This document shows, one piece after another, positions 25,659 through 32,067 of a stretch of DNA of 32,067 nucleotides. Positions within the stretch are counted from its first letter, which is position 1, and every line of letters starts with the position of its first letter. The position numbers and the translations under genes were made by a program. The stretch comes from a virus (taxonomy: Duplodnaviria; Caudoviricetes), in the IMG/VR virus record IMGVR_UViG_3300037419_000602, positions 1 to 32,067 of that record, one strand, 5' to 3'. The notes beneath the pieces were generated by a model that was given only the letters and a program-made list of their open reading frames with translations, ran no database searches and was not told the DNA's origin.

Positions 25659-26677
25659 CGGACTCGCTCGTCACGCGCGTTGGGCAGATCGTCGTTTACG
25701 AGACGGCGATCACGGACGCGTGGCTCACACGGGTTGGTCAGATCGTCGTCTACGCCACCGCACCGCAACCCGACAATCCTGGGGGCGGGACGAGTGGCGC
25801 GGGCGCGCCGTTTCGGCTGCCGGCGCGTGGTGGTGCGGTCTATCTCGACTCCTATCTCGAGTACGACGGCCGGCACGCCGGCGCGGACGACGGGTTATTC
25901 CCCGGCGCGTACCTCACGCTCTCGGATGGGTCGACGTGGGCACCCGGCGAAGAATTCACGCTGACCGCGTCGAAGGATGTGTTCACGGCGGACGACGTCG
26001 GGAACCTCATCCTGGTGCATGCCAACAGTCCGACAGATTTGACGGTCGTGCGATTGACGATCACGGCGTACACGTCCGCGACGGAGGTCACCGTCACGCC
26101 AAACGTGGCGGTCCCCGCGGGGATGCGCGAGACGGCGATGCTCATTTGGGACAAAGCGGTCGACGTGGTCGCGGGGCTCGATCATCTCGAGGCGAAGGCG
26201 GTCGGGATTCTCGCGGACGATCATGTCGTCGGAAGTCCGAACAACGCGCGGATCGTGCTCCGAACTGTCACAGACGGCGCGGTCGATCTCGGCGATTTCT
26301 ACAGTCACATCTATGTCGGCCTGCCGTATCTCGCCGACCTGGAAACGCTGGACGTCGACAACGCGTCAGGTTCGACACTCAAGGCCACGCGGATGGATGT
26401 CACGAAGGTCGGACTCCACGTCTACAAATCGCGGTCAGTATGGGTCGGGAACAGACGGCCACCGAACGACGAGACTGATCCGCTCGCCGACTTGGAAGAA
26501 ATGCCGAAGCCCGCCGAGGTGGATTACGAGATCCTTCGCGACGAATACGAGGACGTGAACATCAAAGGGCAATGGAACTCGAACGGACGGGTCTTCATTC
26601 GGTCGGTCGACCCGGTGCCGTCAACGGTGCTCGCCGCGATTCCGCAGGGCCATCTTCCGCCAGTGGGGAGTGTGTAG
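25655..26677 (+). CDS. Tail tubular protein B / nozzle, C-terminal part, with a foreign N-terminal repeat
   Basis: YLDS.LEYDG, AGLDHLE.K.V.ILAD, VGLPY.ADLETL and FIRS.DPVP.TVLA.IP are hallmark C-terminal motifs of BPP-1-type nozzles. The N-terminus carries TRVGQIVVY twice. Confidence 0.8.
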   Translation: MTDSLVTRVGQIVVYETAITDAWLTRVGQIVVYATAPQPDNPGGGTSGAGAPFRLPARGGAVYLDSYLEYDGRHAGADDGLFPGAYLTLSDGSTWAPGEEFTLTASKDVFTADDVGNLILVHANSPTDLTVVRLTITAYTSATEVTVTPNVAVPAGMRETAMLIWDKAVDVVAGLDHLEAKAVGILADDHVVGSPNNARIVLRTVTDGAVDLGDFYSHIYVGLPYLADLETLDVDNASGSTLKATRMDVTKVGLHVYKSRSVWVGNRRPPNDETDPLADLEEMPKPAEVDYEILRDEYEDVNIKGQWNSNGRVFIRSVDPVPSTVLAAIPQGHLPPVGSV

Positions 26678-27227
26678 CATGGGCATGACAGCCGCCATCC
26701 TCACCGCCGTCAATACTGGACTCTCGTACTCGAGCCAGCGGAACGCCGCGAGTGCCGCCGATACGCAAGGGAAATTCGAGGCGGGGATTCTTCGCCAGAA
26801 CGCGGACTTCTCCGACCAGCAAGCCGCCGACGCGGTCGCGCGTGGGCAGATAGACGAAGGCCGGCAACGGCTCGACACGAAGCAACGACTCGGCGCGTCG
26901 AAAGCCGCACTCGCGGCGCAGGGTGTGGACGTGGGCTACGGCTCCGCGCTCGACGTGCAGTCCAGTGAAGCGCAGCTGGGGGAACTCGACGCGCTGACGA
27001 TCCGCAACAGCGCGGCGCGGGAAGCGTGGGGCTATAAGGTCCAAGGGCTCGGGTATCGGCAACAGGCGAAGCTCGCGGAGCTCGGCGGGATCAATCAAGG
27101 GGCGGCACTGCGATCGAATGCGACGTCGACGCTCCTGACGGGCGCGGTCAACACGTACGGGCTCTACTCGTCGGCGCGACAGACCAAGAAGGATTTGCGG
27201 GGCTCGCAGTATAAGGCGGGGGGCTGA
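26670..27227 (+). CDS. Internal virion/ejection protein (T7 gp14-like)
   Basis: MC start, Ala/Gln-rich, A.DAVARG..D, AALAAQGVDV..GSALD and DALTIR.SAAREAWG. Confidence 0.85.
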   Translation: MCSMGMTAAILTAVNTGLSYSSQRNAASAADTQGKFEAGILRQNADFSDQQAADAVARGQIDEGRQRLDTKQRLGASKAALAAQGVDVGYGSALDVQSSEAQLGELDALTIRNSAAREAWGYKVQGLGYRQQAKLAELGGINQGAALRSNATSTLLTGAVNTYGLYSSARQTKKDLRGSQYKAGG

Positions 27228-27231
27228 CACC

Positions 27232-28917
27232 ATGCCGACCGTCCCTTACGTCTCCGGTCCGCGCGAACGGCTGGCGCCACTCCCTGGGCCGCGGCTCAAT
27301 CCCAACGCACCATCGTCGGCGTTCGGCGGGAACGTTTCGGTTGCGCCGGATCTCTCTGGCGCGATTCAGGGCGTGGCCGCGATTGGACGAGAGCGGGACC
27401 GGATCGCCTTCGAGGAGAAGGCGAAAGCGGATCAGATCGCGACCACGCACAGCTACGGCGCGTTGGTCACGGGCGTCAACGACATGCTGCACGGCCAGGA
27501 CGGCGTGCTCAATCGGCAAGGGAAAGACGCGTTCACCATCGACCAGGACGCCTACGATCGGTACGGCAAACTCACCGCCGAGATTCGCCAAGCGTTGGGG
27601 AATGACGACCAACGCACGGTCTTCGACAAGCAGGTCTATAACGAGTGGTCCGCGATCGACAACCAAGTCCAGACGCACATCGCGCGTGAACGCCAGCGGT
27701 ACGACGCGCAGGGCGTGGACGCGCTGGTCAAAGGCAAGTTCGACGAAGCGGTCAAGAACTACCTGGACCCGGCGAGCGTGGACCAGAGCATCGCGGTCCA
27801 ACAAGCGGCGATCACGGACCACCTGAAGCGCACAGGCGCCCCGGACGACGTCGTGGCGCAACAGACCGCGCAGGCGGCGAGCACGACACGGCTCGCGGTG
27901 TTGCAAACCTTACTCGACGACGAGAAGGATCTGGCGGCGACGCAGTATTTCGAGAAGTACAAAGAACAGTTCGCGGGAAAGGACTACCAAACGGCGCTCA
28001 AGCTGACCGAAGCAGGGTCGATCCGTGGCGCATCGCAGCGGCACGCCGACGATATTCTGAAGACGCATCACGGCTCGCTCACGGACGCGTTGCAGCGGAC
28101 GGCGAGTATCGACGAGCCGCGCGTGCGCGACGAGACAGAGCAACGGATTCGGCGCTATTTCGCCGACCAAGCCGCCGACCAGCGGCAACAGCGCGAGCTC
28201 TCGTTCACCTCGCTGGGCGCGAAGCTCGAGCAGAACGGCGGAAACGTCGACCGGCTGAAGACAACGGCGGCGTGGCTCGACCTGACGCCACAAGACCGAA
28301 CGGCACTTGAACGTCGCGCAACGATCATCCGGCATCCCGACGAAGGGCCGGGAGATGACGAGCAGTTCATGACGTTGCAGAATGAAGCGTACTTCAACCC
28401 CGAAACGTTCGCGGATCGAAACATTTTGGGCGAGAAGGACTTGAACGCGAAGCAGAAACAGCGGTTGCTCACGCTGCAACGTTCAATCGGCGCCAAGGTC
28501 CACAAAGGCCCGACAACGACGCTGAAGAATGACATCAATGCGGCGGTCGGAGCACTCTCGACGTCGCCCGGATCGGCGGACGCACTTGCTCGCGACGACG
28601 CGCTGGCCGCGACGTTCGGCGGGGCTCGTACGGCGCCCGCACCGAGCGCAACCAGCAACCCACAACCCGCACCCAGCAACCCGGCGCCCAATAGTGCCGC
28701 GGGGCACATCATCAACCTCGAACCGCTCCCGAAGCTGCCGTTCGCGCCATCCATGCGCGCGTCGATCATTCAGAATTGGGAGAATGGCGGAAAGGAATAC
28801 GCGGACTACCTTCGCGACTCGCTCAACGTTGCTGTCCCGCCGGATATTGAGGAACAGGCCAGAGCCGTGCTCGCGAAAGCGAAGGCCGAGGCCAAGCAGA
28901 AGGCGAAGAAGCCGTGA
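27232..28917 (+). CDS. Internal virion/ejection protein (gp15-like position)
   Basis: MPTVP start, helical Ala/Gln/Asp-rich composition, G.LN.QGKDA motif, and synteny. Confidence 0.75.
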   Translation: MPTVPYVSGPRERLAPLPGPRLNPNAPSSAFGGNVSVAPDLSGAIQGVAAIGRERDRIAFEEKAKADQIATTHSYGALVTGVNDMLHGQDGVLNRQGKDAFTIDQDAYDRYGKLTAEIRQALGNDDQRTVFDKQVYNEWSAIDNQVQTHIARERQRYDAQGVDALVKGKFDEAVKNYLDPASVDQSIAVQQAAITDHLKRTGAPDDVVAQQTAQAASTTRLAVLQTLLDDEKDLAATQYFEKYKEQFAGKDYQTALKLTEAGSIRGASQRHADDILKTHHGSLTDALQRTASIDEPRVRDETEQRIRRYFADQAADQRQQRELSFTSLGAKLEQNGGNVDRLKTTAAWLDLTPQDRTALERRATIIRHPDEGPGDDEQFMTLQNEAYFNPETFADRNILGEKDLNAKQKQRLLTLQRSIGAKVHKGPTTTLKNDINAAVGALSTSPGSADALARDDALAATFGGARTAPAPSATSNPQPAPSNPAPNSAAGHIINLEPLPKLPFAPSMRASIIQNWENGGKEYADYLRDSLNVAVPPDIEEQARAVLAKAKAEAKQKAKKP

Positions 28918-31169
28918 CGGCCCCCGTCCGCCCTGATGCGGCATCTCGCGTCCCCTCGTTCGACGAGTGGCAACAACGACAGTACGCGCCGCATCGGTCC
29001 CCGACCGACCCGAACCAGCCAATGGGCGCGGGTCGCGTGCTGACGTTCGAGGAGTGGGACCAAGCGCGCCGAACATCGGACGTGTCAGCGCTCAAGCTCC
29101 CAGCGATGCCGCGCTTTCAGTCGGACGTCACGCGCACCCCGGCGAGCGGGCAGACAAAGGGAACGGCCCTTCCCGCGTTCGACATTGGGGAGCCGTCGAC
29201 CTACCTCAATCCCCTGCTCCGGCAAGTCGTCAACCCGATGCTCGAGCATCCCGTGGAATCGGCGGCGGTGACGCTCGGGCCAATCGCGGCAGCGGGTGTC
29301 CCGGTCGTTGGACCGCCGGCGGCGATTGCGGCCGGCGTTGGAATGGCGGGAATGATGGCGTACCACGTCGCGAAATACGGCTGGCAGAAAGCGCACGAGA
29401 TGGCGCTGTCGCCCGAGGAGCGGCAGATCGCGGAAGCGAACCCCGAGCGGATCAGCGGCGAGTCGGCGGCGATACAAGCGTTGATGCTGGGCCTCGCTCC
29501 GCTGATCCACGTTGGTGTGAAAGCCGCGCGGGGAATTGATTTTGGCGCCGGCATGGTGGAATCGGGTGTTGAGGGCGTGCGGTCGTCGGACCTTGGACCG
29601 GGCTTTCGCCAGAGCGCGATCGACAACGCCCTGGATGCGGGCCGAACGGTCGACCTCCAACGTGCCATCTCGGGGCACGCGGACGCGCTCCGGCAAGAGT
29701 CTGCGCTTCGCGACGCCGTCACGCAGCAGAACGCGGGTCGGCGCACGGCGATTGCTGAGAACGAAGCCGCGATCACCGCCGAGGAATTGCGCCAAGAAGA
29801 AGTGACGCGAAAAGCGGCGCTCCGTGCGCTCACTGGCGTTCGTCGTCGACCGGGCGGTATTCCGCTGACCATCGAGCAACAGCGCGCCGCTGATGCGGCG
29901 GCACTACTTGATCCTCCGCTCGAGGAATCGCGCTCGTTCCTCGAATCGCCGCAGGGCGCGCATGTGCTGGGCGCTGTTGCGGCCAAACACGGGATGCCAG
30001 AGACGGCGAGTCCGTACGCGCCTGAGTCGCCGCTCGACGTTGCGTGGAAAGAAGGCCACACGTCGGCGGCGCCGCGCGGCGCATACCCCGAAGGGTTCTC
30101 AATGGGTGGCGCTGAGAGTCGCATTCCGACCGATTACCAGCGTCCCAAACTGCCGCGCAGCGAGCCGTCACCGACTGAATACGCGCCAACTGGCAAGACC
30201 GTCCCCTCGGTGCCGATCCGCGACGAGAAGGGCGCGCTGCAACGCAATCTCGGACGCGTCGCGACCGAAGACCTGCACGCCGAGTGGCAACGGCTCGCCG
30301 AACTCAACAACGCCGAAGAAGCGTTGCACGCGGGCGCGCAAGAGGCGGGCTATCGCTTCGACTACAACGAACTCTCCGGCTCCGAAAAGACTGGGATCAA
30401 AGGCAAGAGCGGCGTCGACGTGTCGGGCATCGGTGACGGACTCGCTGATCCGGAACGGATCGCGGCGGACAACAAAATCATCGCGGACTACCGGAAGTCG
30501 ACCGTCGCCCGTGAAGCACGCGCGAAAGCGATGGCGCGGATCGAAGCCGAGATTGCGAAACGGCCGACCGCCGAAGAATTCAACGCCACAGCGACGGCGT
30601 ACCATGCGGGCGAGCCTGGCGCGCGTCCGCTGACGCCGATCGAAGGGACTGGCGAGACGCGGACCCGCGGACTCGGGGCGAGCGTTGAACGAAAGGCGAT
30701 CGCTAACGACCTGACGGACTACTTGGGCGATCTCCCCGAATATCGCCAAGTCAACATGGCGGATCAGGCCGCGCGGTCGACGCAACTCCTTGCGGAGAAT
30801 CCCGTTCTCGCTCGCCGGGTCGCGCTCGGGGAAGAACCGCCGCCCAAGGGCCTACTGCCCGAAGCGGTGTTCAAGGTGGTCGAGGACAAGGCGCTCGCGG
30901 AGGGCGACGTCACCACGCTGCGCGATCTCGCGTCGGGCGGACTCACGACGGAAGCCACCACGATGGGCCAGCGTATTCGGGCGCTCCGCGATCGTGCGCC
31001 GGATTCGCCCGTGACGGCCATGCAGTCGATTGAAGACGCGCGCGCGCGCGGACGGGACGTTGCGCCCGAGATTCAGAGCGCCGTGGCGGATCTCAAGGCG
31101 CATCTCGACGCGGCGCACGCGATTGACCCCAGCGCGTGGGAATTCTTCATCAAGTCGATTCGCTGCTAA
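28914..31169 (+). CDS. Large putative internal virion/ejection protein
   Basis: 751 aa with a hydrophobic Gly/Ala segment (GVPVVGPPAAIAAGVGMAGMM); ends in WEFFIKSIRC; synteny. Confidence 0.7.
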   Translation: MTAPVRPDAASRVPSFDEWQQRQYAPHRSPTDPNQPMGAGRVLTFEEWDQARRTSDVSALKLPAMPRFQSDVTRTPASGQTKGTALPAFDIGEPSTYLNPLLRQVVNPMLEHPVESAAVTLGPIAAAGVPVVGPPAAIAAGVGMAGMMAYHVAKYGWQKAHEMALSPEERQIAEANPERISGESAAIQALMLGLAPLIHVGVKAARGIDFGAGMVESGVEGVRSSDLGPGFRQSAIDNALDAGRTVDLQRAISGHADALRQESALRDAVTQQNAGRRTAIAENEAAITAEELRQEEVTRKAALRALTGVRRRPGGIPLTIEQQRAADAAALLDPPLEESRSFLESPQGAHVLGAVAAKHGMPETASPYAPESPLDVAWKEGHTSAAPRGAYPEGFSMGGAESRIPTDYQRPKLPRSEPSPTEYAPTGKTVPSVPIRDEKGALQRNLGRVATEDLHAEWQRLAELNNAEEALHAGAQEAGYRFDYNELSGSEKTGIKGKSGVDVSGIGDGLADPERIAADNKIIADYRKSTVAREARAKAMARIEAEIAKRPTAEEFNATATAYHAGEPGARPLTPIEGTGETRTRGLGASVERKAIANDLTDYLGDLPEYRQVNMADQAARSTQLLAENPVLARRVALGEEPPPKGLLPEAVFKVVEDKALAEGDVTTLRDLASGGLTTEATTMGQRIRALRDRAPDSPVTAMQSIEDARARGRDVAPEIQSAVADLKAHLDAAHAIDPSAWEFFIKSIRC

Positions 31170-31171
31170 CC

Positions 31172-32067
31172 ATGCCGAGCCCCTTCTGTCTCCTCCCACA
31201 GTACGCGGATCGGTTCCTCGAGAAAATCAAATCCGGGGAACTGAGCGGTGACGCGCTCGCCGCGATGAGTAGCGCCGATCGCCATGCCGTGTTTGCGGAG
31301 ATTATGGGCGAGGCGAACGCGGGGCATGTCAACGCGTCGTTCGAGTCGAAACTCTTATTGAAGAATCAGCAAGCCGCCATTGAGCGATGGGTCAAGAGCG
31401 CCGAGAACGTTTCTCCCGCAGTAAAGCGCGACCTGTTGGCGCGCGTCGAGCGGATGCGAGATGTGCTCGAGCCACACAACCGAAATGCCTTTCTGGCGGA
31501 CCTCGCGAAGCAAAAGCTCGGATTTGGTGTGACGATGGAGGAAGCGGCGCACATCACGCAGCTCGCGAAAGATGCCGCCGACGCGAAAGCCGCAATCGAG
31601 ACGGGTGGCGACCGGCTAGAGTACGGGCGCGCGAAGGTCGCGTTCTCCAATTACGTGTCCGACCTCAAGAACGACGTCAAGCAACCGCTCACGGTTGGGT
31701 CCGCGCTTACGAAGACGGCGAGTTTCGCCAAATCGTTCAAGGCATCGTTCGACAACTCGGCGCTCTTTCGCCAGGGCTGGAAAACGCTTTGGACGAACCC
31801 AGCGACGTGGGCAAAGAACGCGACGCAGTCGTTCGTCGACCTCGCGAAACAGTTCGGCGGGCATGAAGTCCTCGACGAGGTGAATGCGGAAATCCTCTCG
31901 CGACCGAACGCGCTCAACGGGCGGTACGGCCGGGCGAAGCTGGCGATTGGAAACATCGAGGAACAGTTCCCGTCGTCGCTGCCCGAGAAGATCCCGCTCG
32001 TCGGACGCGCCTACAAAGCGAGTGAGGCGGCGTACGCTGCGTTCCTGTACCGAACGCGGGCCGACGT
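31172..32067 (+). CDS. Large putative internal virion protein, 3'-truncated by window edge
   Basis: ATG 31172 lies 2 nt after the previous stop and reads MPSPFCLLPQYADRFLEKIKSGEL...KASFDNSALFRQG; appears open to the window end (absent from the ORF track because it has no stop). Confidence 0.75.
   Translation, partial: MPSPFCLLPQYADRFLEKIKSGELSGDALAAMSSADRHAVFAEIMGEANAGHVNASFESKLLLKNQQAAIERWVKSAENVSPAVKRDLLARVERMRDVLEPHNRNAFLADLAKQKLGFGVTMEEAAHITQLAKDAADAKAAIETGGDRLEYGRAKVAFSNYVSDLKNDVKQPLTVGSALTKTASFAKSFKASFDNSALFRQGWKTLWTNPATWAKNATQSFVDLAKQFGGHEVLDEVNAEILSRPNALNGRYGRAKLAIGNIEEQFPSSLPEKIPLVGRAYKASEAAYAAFLYRTRAD

Noticed and set aside
23826-25840. Intron, intein or IS element as the cause of the nozzle split
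   Set aside because: No intein termini, homing endonuclease, RT, transposase, terminal repeats or recognisable group I/II core. The insert is fully coding for structural-type domains.
31160-31180. Stop-codon readthrough joining the last two genes
   Set aside because: The genes are in different frames and no slippery heptamer is apparent.
1-32067. Diversity-generating retroelement, given the BPP-1-like structural genes
   Set aside because: No reverse transcriptase ORF and no TR/VR pair with adenine-specific mismatches seen. One could lie outside the window.
6992-32067. Stop-codon reassignment suggested by the release-factor gene
   Set aside because: Conserved genes are full length under code 11 and end in all three stops (TerL TAG, portal TGA, capsid TAA). 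The RF also lacks a codon-reading domain.

Overview
This window is a 32-kb segment of a GC-rich temperate tailed phage with every credible gene on the + strand and a BPP-1/epsilon15/T7-type podovirus morphogenesis module. From left to right it contains: an HNH gene; an apparently intact attP (3' half of tRNA-Leu(TAA) flanked by arm-type repeats), which implies the excised form; an early/middle region (Mom-like GNAT, SPPY DNA methyltransferase, PD-(D/E)XK nuclease, primase-helicase with a downstream iteron-like origin, DUF968-like nuclease, a truncated GGQ release-factor protein, a chain of small coupled ORFs, RusA-like protein); an Ig-repeat plus helical-domain protein; TerS/TerL; a second HNH; a GNAT; portal, scaffold, major capsid, cement, adaptor and a split nozzle; and ejection proteins running off the right edge. 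No integrase, repressor, lysis genes or reverse transcriptase are visible. The most notable observations are: (1) a nozzle gene split in two by a ~2-kb FN3 plus lectin-like insertion; (2) a release factor lacking its codon-recognition domain; (3) an attP spanned by an ORF with ATGA overlaps at both ends; (4) a covarying GUGA-loop hairpin at the same distance upstream of the capsid and cement genes, with a variant upstream of the Ig protein. All family assignments come from motif recognition by eye; no searches were run.
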